The notes under the pieces: model-generated | Seen by the model: the letters and a program-made list of their open reading frames with translations, nothing else | Told to the model about the DNA's origin: nothing | Databases searched by the model: none | Origin: Candidatus Obscuribacteraceae bacterium | GTDB lineage: Bacteria > Cyanobacteriota > Vampirovibrionia > Obscuribacterales > Obscuribacteraceae | Direction: 5' to 3' | Length of the DNA stretch: 64,000 nt | NCBI GenBank assembly: GCA_044229845.1 | Contig: JBGASG010000003.1 | Coordinates: 1-64,000 of the forward strand | Position numbers and translations under genes: made by a program | Shown: positions 1-9,194 of the stretch, piece after piece | Layout of the letters: the number at the start of each line of letters is the position of its first letter | Position numbering within the stretch: the stretch's first letter is position 1

Positions 1-930
1 AAAGGCACCGGCGATCCAGTTATGGCCGCGCGCGGCATCATGTTCAACGCTGCCGATCCCGAGCGGATAAATCAGGGCCCGCACGGCACATGCGGCACCG
101 CTTCGCTGGAACACAAGATCTACTCCAACAATCCGTCAGTAGCGGCCGATATGGTGGCACAATCGGTTCTGGACGGAAAGTGGACCGGCCGTGACGGCCA
201 GACAATCAACATGCCGGCGGAGAGCATTCCCCCGGATCTAGATGGGAAGGAAGAACCCGATGCCAGTCGTCGCAGTTATGCGTCGCAGATGTTTCAGATC
301 ATGGCTCTCAACGACTACGGACAGCATCTGAATCCGCCGATGACCTTCGTTCAGGGCGCGCCGCGAGTGCTGAGGGGCGAAAACTGGCAAGCCACTCATT
401 ACGATGACTACTGGCTCTTAGCGAACGGCGAGAAGAAACCACTGGAGGAAGCCGGCAACGGAGTCTTCTCCAAGACCGGTGGCATACCCGCTTTCGCAGT
501 CGCTTCCGAAGTCTATCGCTTGACCGGCGAGAAAATGGGAGTTATGACAAATCGAGGCTTCGACCTCGACGATGCCCCTGCCAATCAGCGTCCTGAAGGC
601 ATCACGGACGACAACATCCGCGACGTGCGCACGCGCGCAGATCTGGAGAAACAGCTGGCCGAGCTCAAAGGCGGCACCGGGTTGCCCATGGTCGTCTGCC
701 TCGATGCCCGCATGCTCGTCTACAGCATGAACACAAACAACGGCATGACCGATCTGCGCAAGCCCCAGGCGGAGGGCGCCACCCACTTCGTCACCATCGC
801 CGACTACAAACCGGCTGCAGACGGCAAACCCGCCCAGGTCTATATCCACAACCAGTGGGGACCAGACAACAACGGCTGGATTACAGTCGACCAGCTCTGG
901 GAATCTATGGGAGGCGGCGCCAGACGCTAA
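1..930 (+). CDS. C-terminal part of a papain/calpain-like cysteine peptidase domain protein (5' end probably upstream of the window)
   Basis: Frame is open from base 1. Motifs INQGPHGTCG (oxyanion Q and catalytic C), HFVTI (H) and YIHNQWG (N-x-WG) match clan CA peptidase motifs. Confidence 0.6.
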   Translation, partial: KGTGDPVMAARGIMFNAADPERINQGPHGTCGTASLEHKIYSNNPSVAADMVAQSVLDGKWTGRDGQTINMPAESIPPDLDGKEEPDASRRSYASQMFQIMALNDYGQHLNPPMTFVQGAPRVLRGENWQATHYDDYWLLANGEKKPLEEAGNGVFSKTGGIPAFAVASEVYRLTGEKMGVMTNRGFDLDDAPANQRPEGITDDNIRDVRTRADLEKQLAELKGGTGLPMVVCLDARMLVYSMNTNNGMTDLRKPQAEGATHFVTIADYKPAADGKPAQVYIHNQWGPDNNGWITVDQLWESMGGGARR

Positions 931-938
931 GCGCAGAC

Positions 939-1673
939 TCAGCGCATTGAAGGAGTGTTCTTATCATCGGTGAGTCGCATCGAACCGGGTCGATAGCCTA
1001 GTTGAGCGGATTTTCGTAGGTCGGCGTCCGCCTGAGTAGTTTGACCCAGCTTGCGTTCAGCACAAGACCGCCAATAGAAAACTTCACCGACGCTACTATC
1101 CTGCAAGGGCATGCGTTGCAATGCCTTGTTTGCATCAGCGATTGACTCGGCGTAGTGTCCCAGTTTGAATTGAATCTCCGAGCGGGTGCACAATGCTGGT
1201 CCAAGTTGAGGCATGCACTTGAGGGCTAAATTGATGGTGGACAAGGCGGTCGGCAGGTCATTGAGCTCGATCAATGCCAGGGCTCTGGTGTTGGCTACAA
1301 AAGCATACTCTTCTCGATTAGCTCGTTTGAGAGCTCTGTCGCAATCGACAACGGCTTCCTTGTAGCGTTTCAAGAAGACATAAACATTGGCTCTGTTAGC
1401 GTAAAACCAGGTCTCGTACGAAGCATCCGGAGGTTCTGCGGCATCGAAATCCTTCAACGACGCTGCATAATCCCCTCTGTTCATGAATGCGTAAGCACGC
1501 TCACACAGCAACTGCTTATCATTGGGTCGTTTCTGAAGTTTTCTGGTGATGCTTTCGATCGATTCGCCAGAGCCGAAGCCCGAGCCGGACTGTGCCCAAC
1601 CATTCGACTGCAATCCAAACCAAGCCAATACTGTTACAGTCAGGGTCGCACAGATTCTTCGTCTCAATTTCAT
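939..1673 (-). CDS. Secreted/periplasmic tetratricopeptide-repeat protein
   Basis: N-terminal signal-peptide-like stretch; repeated TPR-like helices (YANRANVY...YKEAVVDCDRAL; YAESIADANKAL). Confidence 0.8.
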   Translation of the reverse strand: MKLRRRICATLTVTVLAWFGLQSNGWAQSGSGFGSGESIESITRKLQKRPNDKQLLCERAYAFMNRGDYAASLKDFDAAEPPDASYETWFYANRANVYVFLKRYKEAVVDCDRALKRANREEYAFVANTRALALIELNDLPTALSTINLALKCMPQLGPALCTRSEIQFKLGHYAESIADANKALQRMPLQDSSVGEVFYWRSCAERKLGQTTQADADLRKSAQLGYRPGSMRLTDDKNTPSMR

Positions 1674-1777
1674 GTTCCAAAACCCAGCAGCAGTCCAATA
1701 TTATGCCCGAAGCAGAGGGAAGTTCGTCCGGCGGGGTATAAGAATTGATGACCCTTTGCCCCGGTTTCCCCTGGTTC

Positions 1778-2623
1778 ATGGCTGACGATCAAACAACCAC
1801 CTCAAAAAGCAAACTGCCTCCGGTGACCTTATCGGTGGTGATGCCCGCGCTCCCGGCGTCGATCCGTAAGTTCGAAAAGTCCTGGATCATCTGGATGCGC
1901 GTGGCCGCAATCGCGGTCACCGTGATTGCGATTGCAGCAGCGTGCTTGCTGCGGGACGTCATCACTCTCATCGTCGGTGCCCTCATCTTGTGCGGGCTGA
2001 ACTTATTCGCCACCTGGCAGATGAAAAAGTTGTTGATAGAACACGACGATTACGAAAACCGGCTCAGAGAGATGACCTTCAAGCTCTGCGAGAAGAACGT
2101 CAACCTCAAACAACTGGTGCAAATCGATCCTTTGACTCAACTATTAAATCGCCGCGGTCTCGAAAAAGCGTTGATGATAGAAACCAGCCGCGCCGACCGC
2201 CAGGGATTGCGGGTCTTCGCGGCTCTTATGGACTGCGATGACTTTAAGCAAATCAACGAAGCCCACGGGCACGCCGGTGGCGACCTGCTGCTTCAAAACA
2301 TGGCAACCAACATATTTCGCTCCATCCGACCGACAGATTATGCCGCCCGCGTCGGAGGCGACGAATTTATCGTATTCATCATCGACGTCGACGAGGCAGA
2401 AGCGCTCGAAATCGCCGAACGATGCCGCAAGAACATAGCCGAGTCTCCCGCTGTCCACAACGGCAAAGCCGTTTCCTGCACAGTCAGCATTGGCATCTCC
2501 GAACTGCCCATGACGTTGCCAAGCATCGAAGACGTGCTCACCTTTACACGCCAATCCCTTGAGTCCAGCAAGAAGGGTGGCAAAAACGTGGTTACCGTCA
2601 GCGGCGCCCATCAAAAGGCCTAA
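1778..2623 (+). CDS. Membrane-anchored GGDEF diguanylate cyclase
   Basis: Two hydrophobic helices, DPLTQLLNRR, DCDDFKQINEAHGHAGGD and RVGGDEF. Start codon uncertain (ATG at 1778 chosen). Confidence 0.9.
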   Translation: MADDQTTTSKSKLPPVTLSVVMPALPASIRKFEKSWIIWMRVAAIAVTVIAIAAACLLRDVITLIVGALILCGLNLFATWQMKKLLIEHDDYENRLREMTFKLCEKNVNLKQLVQIDPLTQLLNRRGLEKALMIETSRADRQGLRVFAALMDCDDFKQINEAHGHAGGDLLLQNMATNIFRSIRPTDYAARVGGDEFIVFIIDVDEAEALEIAERCRKNIAESPAVHNGKAVSCTVSIGISELPMTLPSIEDVLTFTRQSLESSKKGGKNVVTVSGAHQKA

Positions 2624-2660
2624 ACACAGGCTGGCGCAGCGTTTACCCTCCCAGCCAGAA

Positions 2661-2742
2661 CTGAAGTGATATCACTTCAGCTCTAGTCTAGAAACCCCGA
2701 GTGATATCGCTTCAGGTTTCGAGGACTTGAGTGATATCACTT
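2661..2742. repeat. Cluster of three GTGATATCAC-core palindromic repeats
   Basis: Perfect 20-bp palindrome CTGAAGTGATATCACTTCAG at 2661-2680; cores at 2666, 2701 (GTGATATCGC) and 2731. Confidence 0.9.
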
Positions 2743-2854
2743 GGTGTTCAAAGCGAGCTGGGCCGACGCATGTCAAGAATTAATCTGGCGAAAGCTTAAG
2801 TTTTGGAGCTTTTGTCGACTTTAGGTGTTTTATGAGGATCGGAGGCACATCGCC

Positions 2855-3373
2855 ATGCCGATCTATTACAGGCCATCAGATAGCGGCGGATCCAAATCGC
2901 CGTTCGGCGGAGCCAACAGCGGCGACGCGGCTGAAGGCGGTCAGCAAATCGTAGATAACATGATTACGTCATCCGATATGGGTGGGACGGATTCCGTCGC
3001 CAATATTTTGGCAGACTCAGCAGCAAAGGGCGCAGCACCATCGCTGCCCAAGCTGGAATTGAGTGGTGCGTCATTGGAGTCGCTCGGCATGGACAGCGCC
3101 GCACCGGGCATGGCTGACAGCCTGAAACAGGGTCTGGATGCCGGAGGACTGATGGACATTCCCGGACTGGGTGATTCGCTGCAACACATGTTTGATTTCG
3201 CCGGCATGATGGCTGATCCGCTCAGCATCATGGGCATGATTGTGGATTTCTTCGCGGCATTGTTTGCCACCATGGCTAACAGCTTGATGAGCGCGGTGAT
3301 GGACAACATCAACGCCTACAACGAAGCCGCACAAGCGGCTCTGGACGCCATAAAGAAACCTGGTCAGCTCTAA
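2855..3373 (+). CDS. Hypothetical Gly/Ser/Met/Ala-rich protein with a hydrophobic C-terminal helix
   Basis: GGAGG at 2841 precedes the ATG at 2855; open frame; no recognisable motif. Confidence 0.6.
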   Translation: MPIYYRPSDSGGSKSPFGGANSGDAAEGGQQIVDNMITSSDMGGTDSVANILADSAAKGAAPSLPKLELSGASLESLGMDSAAPGMADSLKQGLDAGGLMDIPGLGDSLQHMFDFAGMMADPLSIMGMIVDFFAALFATMANSLMSAVMDNINAYNEAAQAALDAIKKPGQL

Positions 3374-3398
3374 GCCGTCAGCTCAACCGGTTAACCAG

Positions 3399-4442
3399 CT
3401 ATTCGTTTTCCAGGATATTGATTGATGCGTGCTCGGACTCGAACGAGATGGCGCTGTCGGTGAAGAGCATGCGCAGCAGGTCGCGGTAGAAACCGTACAT
3501 CGGAATGTGTTGAGCGATGTCGTCGCGCATCTTATCGCGCCCGAGTTTGAAGGAACGGTGCGATGGTCCCGCCATATGATCGATTTCGAGATGATAGTTA
3601 CCGAGCGGCTGCACTTGAATTTCGAACAGACGGTCGTTCCACAGAACCACGCTCTTAAGCGCCTTCCAGCCCGTACGCTTCATCTCAGAGGGTGGGCAGG
3701 TGAGGTAGTTTTTCGTTTCCACGAAATCGAGCGAAGAGTCGCCGGCTTGAATTGTCTTGAGCTTCTCGTGCACGTCGATGCACGTCGCTTCGTCTTCGCA
3801 GACGATCTTGATACCGAAAATATCTTTGATGTACTTGCTGTACTGGCGCAGGTGTTTGTCGCGCGACACCACTTGATCGAGGTGAAACATCTCGTCCGCC
3901 ACCTTGGTCCAGAGCTCTTCTTCCGCCTTGACACGGCTGGTGAGGCGATTTACGCCCGTGGTCGGCCGACCGATCGGAAGATACTCGACGAAGTTTGCAG
4001 ATAACTGCAACTCCACCCACGAATCGCCCTGGTGATAACGGAAGTTGCGCAACATTTGATTGCCGAGATCGATGTCCATCACTGTGAACAACGTTTCTTT
4101 CGATATGCGCTCTCTGATCAGAAATGGTCTGTCTTCGTCATCGGGCAAAACGCCGATGACGTTGCTGTGCAGCTCGAACTCGCCCTCGAGAAGATCGGAT
4201 GCCAGAATATGCGCCAGGCTGTGAAGATGCCGTTCACCATCGACGATGTTTTGTTTGAATGAATCGCGTACCCGATTGATGAAACTGCGCGACAGCTCAA
4301 TCTCCACGTGAGCATGCGGATTTAAATCCTGTTCGGATTTTTTCTGCGAGAGATAGGAGATGAACTGATGCAGCACAGGATCATCCAGCGCCATGTACAA
4401 CGGCGATTGATTCGGCTGCAAGGTCGACAAGTCTGGCTGCAT
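3399..4442 (-). CDS. Divergent RelA/SpoT synthetase-domain protein (small alarmone synthetase-like nucleotidyltransferase)
   Basis: Ordered motifs SRVK, KDIFGIKIV, KNYL, TGWKALKSVV, FEIQVQP, SHRSFK parallel the RSH synthetase motifs RxK, DxxGxR, KDY, GYxSLH, ExQIRT, HxxYK. Confidence 0.65.
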   Translation of the reverse strand: MQPDLSTLQPNQSPLYMALDDPVLHQFISYLSQKKSEQDLNPHAHVEIELSRSFINRVRDSFKQNIVDGERHLHSLAHILASDLLEGEFELHSNVIGVLPDDEDRPFLIRERISKETLFTVMDIDLGNQMLRNFRYHQGDSWVELQLSANFVEYLPIGRPTTGVNRLTSRVKAEEELWTKVADEMFHLDQVVSRDKHLRQYSKYIKDIFGIKIVCEDEATCIDVHEKLKTIQAGDSSLDFVETKNYLTCPPSEMKRTGWKALKSVVLWNDRLFEIQVQPLGNYHLEIDHMAGPSHRSFKLGRDKMRDDIAQHIPMYGFYRDLLRMLFTDSAISFESEHASINILENE

Positions 4443-4610
4443 GACGGAGTTATTGTACGCTCAAGGCCCCGTCGCCTCAAGCATATATAAACGCGCGTTA
4501 TGAACGCCGTATGCAAGTTCTGCAGCAGAACAGTCTCATGCAATGCACACCGCAGGCTGTTAGAATGCGCCACCGCTACATCAGTTCATTTACTATTTTT
4601 GTTGGTGTTC

Positions 4611-5549
4611 ATGAATAAAACCGGTTATCTCAATCGCATATTGGCAGCCGTCGCGGTTGCATGTTTCTGCCTGATCGGACTAAATTCCAGCGCAACGAAC
4701 GCTGCCGGCGCCGCCGAACCAGCTGCGCAAGCAGCTGCGGACAAAGACTGGCTGCAGCGGGCGCAAACAAACACAGTGCTGCTGTTTCCGGCAGGAACCA
4801 AACCGTGTGAGAACCCTGCCGATTCCCTGCGTTTTCTGGGAACGGGCTTTCTGCTGACAGTTCCTGAAGCCGGTGGAGCGCGCAGTGCACCTTTCCTGAT
4901 CACCAACAAACACGTGCTCAGCAATCAGCCGTCAGTGATTGCGCGCGTCAGCACGAGCAAAGGCTGCAAGTGCTCCGAAATCACATTAAAGTCCGACGGC
5001 GCGGCTCCCACGTTGTACTTCCCGAAGCGCGCAGCCATCAACTTAGCCGCAATAAAGATGCCTGCAATTCCGGACAGCACTCCCTTCGCTCTCGATTACG
5101 CCTCTCTCTCAGACCCTGAGGGATTGCGCGGCGAGGGAGTCGCCGAGGGACATCACCTGGTTTCACTCGACATGTTCTTGCCGGGTGACGGGTCGCTCGA
5201 GAACCTGTCGATTGTGCGCGCCGGATCTTTGTCCATGCTGCGCTTTGACGAATGGACATTCAGTGAATATGGACCCGGGCAGACTTATGTTGCCCAACTC
5301 GGCACCACTTTTGGTGCCACAGGGATGCCGGTGTTTTTGAGCGGCGGTCGCCAGATACTGGGCATCACCAAGGCAGTTGCGTTTTCGCCTGCACCAGCCT
5401 CAGTGAGCGTGAATGAGGTGCGCATCGAGGACGGCATCTCGGTTCCCAAGCAAGTGATGGCAAAGGGCACCGCCATCATTCCTAACGGACTGGTCATGAT
5501 CGAACCGGCGCAAAATCTCAAAGAACTCTTGCAGTCGATCGGGAAGTGA
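4611..5549 (+). CDS. Secreted trypsin-like peptidase-domain protein, probably with an altered catalytic site
   Basis: Signal peptide; GTGFLL, LITNKHV, NLAAIK and GATGMPVF correspond to the trypsin-2 motifs GTGF, xTNxHV, DLA and GNSGGPV. Confidence 0.65.
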   Translation: MNKTGYLNRILAAVAVACFCLIGLNSSATNAAGAAEPAAQAAADKDWLQRAQTNTVLLFPAGTKPCENPADSLRFLGTGFLLTVPEAGGARSAPFLITNKHVLSNQPSVIARVSTSKGCKCSEITLKSDGAAPTLYFPKRAAINLAAIKMPAIPDSTPFALDYASLSDPEGLRGEGVAEGHHLVSLDMFLPGDGSLENLSIVRAGSLSMLRFDEWTFSEYGPGQTYVAQLGTTFGATGMPVFLSGGRQILGITKAVAFSPAPASVSVNEVRIEDGISVPKQVMAKGTAIIPNGLVMIEPAQNLKELLQSIGK

Positions 5550-5575
5550 CAGGATCACTTATTTAGGTCGGGTCT

Positions 5576-6838
5576 TCAGGCGTAGAACAGGTTGTAGATG
5601 CCCTGCGTCACAACATCGTCGACGGTGCTTTCGCCGGAGACTTTCAGACCACCCAGGAAACGTCCAGCTGACCAGCCTGCGTAGGCGGATCCTGCGCACC
5701 ACCCGACCGGACCGCCCGACATCATGGTGCCGCCGAGTGTGGTCTTCACGCCACCATCAAGCAATTGCACATCGTTACCAGTAGTGTAGCCCTTGTAGAG
5801 CTGCAACCCGCCGTCGAGCATCGCTCCCACTCCACCGGCTCGCGTAGCCAGAGCGTTGGCGAATGGCATGCTGGCGAAGAATGTAGCACCACCAGCGGTG
5901 GTATTGCAAATTCCGGAAAGGGATGTGACGGATCCTTCGCCGTAGTTGCCGGCGCGCATCTCATCGATGCCGGCACTCAATTGGAAGAGACCGCCCACCA
6001 CGCCCAACGTGCCGAAACCATACGAAACCACCTTGCCGAGTGGGCTGGCGAATTGCTTCAAGAAACTGCTGTTAACGTCTTCGGTGTGCAGGTTGAGATC
6101 GCGAACTGCGGGCGGCAACTGCTCCGGCGACAGTTTGACGGTCGCTCCCGGCAGTGCGGACTCCGGCGCGGAGACGGCTGCGGACTTCGGCGAAGAAACG
6201 GCGGACTCTGGCGCCGACAAGGCTGCGGGACCTCCTTGTCGGACACCAGGTTCCAGCGCACTGCGGAACTGCCCCCGTTTGGCGAGCTCCTCATTGACAA
6301 ATCCGAGTTCAGTAATACTGTCGGCGGTGCCGGCATTGATCAGCGCAGTTCGTTTCGCTTGCAAGTCGGCCAGCGATGTTTCTTGCAGGGTGGGCTTGAG
6401 CTCAGGCTTCGCCGGAGCCACATTGGGCTCTGCGGTTCTTGGCTCGATGGATGTGGGTGCTGCAGATTTGGGTGCTGCAGATTTGAGTGCTGCAGATTTG
6501 AGTTCGGCAGATTTGAGTTCGGCAGATTTGGGTTCCACAGACTTCGCATGAGCGGGTTTTCCTTCTACAGCCTTCGTTTCGGCGGCGCGCGGCGTGCCGG
6601 TCTTAGTTTCTTCAGGCATGCGGTAGGGCGTTCTGCCGGTTTCTCTGGAGCTGCTCAGCGGCGTTTCTCCATCATAGATATCCAGTTGCGGCACGTCCTC
6701 GGGAGGCGCAACGACTTCGGAGCGCTGATTGAGCGACGGATTGCCGGTGCGACGCTGATTGAGATTGGCTTTCTCGGTCCAGTTGATTGGTTGGACTCTC
6801 GCGCTGCTTCGATCGCCGATTGGTGAAATGTCGCCCAT
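5576..6838 (-). CDS. Hypothetical protein with low-complexity N-terminal half and Gly-rich hydrophobic C-terminal domain
   Basis: 420-aa ORF with an upstream GAGGTAAGGA RBS-like sequence; SAELK-type repeats; glycine-zipper-like helices in the C-terminal part. Confidence 0.65.
   Translation of the reverse strand: MGDISPIGDRSSARVQPINWTEKANLNQRRTGNPSLNQRSEVVAPPEDVPQLDIYDGETPLSSSRETGRTPYRMPEETKTGTPRAAETKAVEGKPAHAKSVEPKSAELKSAELKSAALKSAAPKSAAPTSIEPRTAEPNVAPAKPELKPTLQETSLADLQAKRTALINAGTADSITELGFVNEELAKRGQFRSALEPGVRQGGPAALSAPESAVSSPKSAAVSAPESALPGATVKLSPEQLPPAVRDLNLHTEDVNSSFLKQFASPLGKVVSYGFGTLGVVGGLFQLSAGIDEMRAGNYGEGSVTSLSGICNTTAGGATFFASMPFANALATRAGGVGAMLDGGLQLYKGYTTGNDVQLLDGGVKTTLGGTMMSGGPVGWCAGSAYAGWSAGRFLGGLKVSGESTVDDVVTQGIYNLFYA
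6450..6545. repeat. Intragenic 15-bp tandem repeat (about 6 units, encoding K-S-A-[EA]-[LP])
   Basis: GCAGATTTG recurs at 6462, 6477, 6492, 6507 and 6522. Confidence 0.85.
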
Positions 6839-6945
6839 TGTCCTTACCTCGCTAGAGCTACGGGTTGCTCACAGCACCAAAGTAAGTGCGGCGCATAACA
6901 GGACCGGGTCACGCTTGTGACAATTTCGGGTCAAGTCGGGAGATG

Positions 6946-7365
6946 TTAGCGAACTGGTCTGCCAAACCGGCTGTCATAGCCCGGCGAATTTGCATAACTG
7001 CCGCTGGCATAGGTGGTCTGCGGCTCTTCCTGAGTTGGAGCTTGCGCCTGCGGCTGTCCGAAACCCAATCCGAAACCTGCTTGTTGCGCCTGCACAGGCG
7101 TTTGCTGTGGCGCCTCGGTGGCGACGGGCTGCGCTGCAGGCTGTTCCAGGTTGCGGGGCATGAAAATCTCAGCCACGATGGGCAACGAAGCAAGCGCCAG
7201 CGAACACATCAATAGAAAGAAGAAAGGCCAGATCGGCGACCGGACGCCCTTATTCGCCCATTTGTCCCAGAACTCAGGCGTGGAATTGTTGAGGTGATAC
7301 GCTCCGCCGGCGGCGTTCTGCTCGCCGAAGTCGGCTTCGATGAAGTCGATGCTGCTGTCGCTCAT
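6946..7365 (-). CDS. Hypothetical single-pass membrane protein with a Q/P-rich tail
   Basis: 139-aa ORF with one hydrophobic segment (IWPFFFLLMCSLALASLPIVA). Confidence 0.55.
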   Translation of the reverse strand: MSDSSIDFIEADFGEQNAAGGAYHLNNSTPEFWDKWANKGVRSPIWPFFFLLMCSLALASLPIVAEIFMPRNLEQPAAQPVATEAPQQTPVQAQQAGFGLGFGQPQAQAPTQEEPQTTYASGSYANSPGYDSRFGRPVR

Positions 7366-7504
7366 TTGTATGCGCCTTCAACCACGCCAAAACAACGAGG
7401 TATTGCCTGTCAACCAGGCAAGCTCAAGTATGCCAACCGCCCAATGGTACTACATGACAAGGCTTTCGTAAACCTACAGCCGCGCTAATAATTCTCGGGA
7501 AGCA

Positions 7505-7529
7505 GGAACCCACTTGCTTGTCAGGCGTC
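7505..7529 (+). promoter_or_regulatory. Putative ECF-sigma promoter GGAAC-N16-CGTC
   Basis: GGAAC at 7505-7509 and CGTC at 7526-7529, 37 bp before the ATG at 7567; the same motif recurs upstream of other genes in the window. Confidence 0.6.
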
Positions 7530-7566
7530 ACTCTCATGACAAAGGAAACAAAGTTAGGAGTGAATC

Positions 7567-7851
7567 ATGCACAAAGTAATTCTGGCGATGGCAGCGACGA
7601 CGCTGGTTGCTGCGAGCTTTGCTCTTGCTCCGGCCGCCTATGCCGGACACGACAAAATCAAAATCATTGAGCGCACGGACGGAACAATCCTGGTTCCCGG
7701 CACTTACACAACAGTTGAGTCAGCGCCAGGCACCACGATTCTCCGCGAAGAGTCGGCGGTGATATCAACACCGGTGACGACCAAAACCGTGATTAAAGAG
7801 AAAAGAAAGCGTCATCACTTGCTGAAGTTACCGTTTATTTCCGTATTCTAA
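7567..7851 (+). CDS. Small secreted hypothetical protein
   Basis: AGGAG RBS; signal peptide ending AAYA; Thr/Val/Glu-rich mature region; C-terminal Phe. Confidence 0.75.
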   Translation: MHKVILAMAATTLVAASFALAPAAYAGHDKIKIIERTDGTILVPGTYTTVESAPGTTILREESAVISTPVTTKTVIKEKRKRHHLLKLPFISVF

Positions 7852-7886
7852 AGACCGAGCGCGTTCAACAGTATCTGCTTACAGCA

Positions 7887-7910
7887 AGGGCGACGCAATT
7901 GCGTCGCCCT
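7887..7910. terminator. Perfect 24-bp palindrome between convergent genes (bidirectional terminator or REP-like hairpin)
   Basis: AGGGCGACGCAATTGCGTCGCCCT is its own reverse complement. Confidence 0.6.
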
Positions 7911-8051
7911 GCTGACTCTCGGTGTGAAGTTCGTATTAGTTCGGCGTTTGTTGCGGGTGCCACCACTTACGGTATTACGCCCAAGCAATTACTCACTCGC
8001 CATAACTAAACTAACAGTCTTTTGTAATCGAAAAGTGATCGGTGTTTCTAT

Positions 8052-9113
8052 CTATTTGGTGCGGCCGTACTGAACCGGCCATGCGCATTCTGCGTTAAGC
8101 TCTTTTGCGGCGCGCTGCGGCCAGTAAGGTTCACGCAGGAATTGCCGCGCCAACAGAACGATGTCTGCCTTGCCTGAACTGATGATTTCGTTGGCCTGTT
8201 GCGGTTCCGTAATCATGCCGACGGCACCGGTGGCGATGCCGGCTTCTTTACGTATGCGTTCGGCAAACGGCACCTGATAACCGGGTCCGACGGGAATCTT
8301 GGCGTGCGGAACGGCAGCACCGGATGAGCAATCTATTAAGTCAACTCCCAGTTCGCGCAGACGTTTTGCAAGTTCAACACTCTCATCGATATCCCACCCG
8401 CCCTCAGCCCAATCGGTGCAGGAGATGCGCACGAAGAGCGGCATATCCGCAGGCATTGCGGAACGCACCGCCTGCGTCGTCTCCAACAGAAATCGAATGC
8501 GATTCTGGAAACTGCCACCATATTCGTCCGTTCGCTGATTGCACAGAGGCGACAAAAACGAATGCAGCAAATAGCCATGCGCCGAATGAATTTCGATCAA
8601 GCCGAAACCTGCTTTGATGGCGCGCTCGGCTGCTTGAACGAAAAGCTCTTTTATCTTGTTGATGTCAGCAACATCCAGCTGTTCGGGAACCGGATAACCT
8701 TCGTCAAATGGAATCGGGCTCGGACCGACAACCGTCCACGCGCGGTTGTCCTTGAGAGGACCGCTACCCTCCCAGGGTATTTCTGTGCTCGCCTTGCGCC
8801 CGGCATGCGCCAACTGAATGCCTGGCACAGCACCTTGAGACCGAATGAATTTGGTGATCGGAAGAAACGCCTCGACGTGCTTCTCCGCCCAGATGCCCAT
8901 ATCGCCAGGACTGATACGCCCGCGCGGCTCGACGCCTGTCGCCTCGACCATGACCAGGGCGGCGCCACCGACAGCACGACTACCGAGGTGCACGAGATGC
9001 CAGTCAGTGGCCGCCCCATCGTCAGACGAATATTGGCACATCGGCGACACCGCGATGCGATTACGAAACGTGACGCCGCGAAACATCTGCGGTGCAAATA
9101 GATTAGTTTCCAT
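8052..9113 (-). CDS. namA: NADH:flavin oxidoreductase, Old Yellow Enzyme family (YqjM/NamA-like)
   Basis: NRIAVSPMCQYS, QLAHAGRKAS, EIHSAHGYLLHSFLSP, RTDEYGGSFQNR, LARQFLREPYW. Confidence 0.92.
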   Translation of the reverse strand: METNLFAPQMFRGVTFRNRIAVSPMCQYSSDDGAATDWHLVHLGSRAVGGAALVMVEATGVEPRGRISPGDMGIWAEKHVEAFLPITKFIRSQGAVPGIQLAHAGRKASTEIPWEGSGPLKDNRAWTVVGPSPIPFDEGYPVPEQLDVADINKIKELFVQAAERAIKAGFGLIEIHSAHGYLLHSFLSPLCNQRTDEYGGSFQNRIRFLLETTQAVRSAMPADMPLFVRISCTDWAEGGWDIDESVELAKRLRELGVDLIDCSSGAAVPHAKIPVGPGYQVPFAERIRKEAGIATGAVGMITEPQQANEIISSGKADIVLLARQFLREPYWPQRAAKELNAECAWPVQYGRTK

Positions 9114-9194
9114 GGGATTCCTCTTGAACAGTGCGGAGAATAGTAGCCAAGGTGGTATCGTGCTGTCTTATCTTATATGAGTTGAAATCTCGCT

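Noticed and set aside
5765..6826. 353-aa plus-strand ORF with CCRF repeats
   Set aside because: Antisense to 5576-6838, which has the better RBS and composition; the Cys repeats are another reading of the 15-bp repeat.
7749..7758. GTGATATCAA as a member of the palindrome family
   Set aside because: It lies inside a coding region and lacks the flanking arms; probably a chance match.
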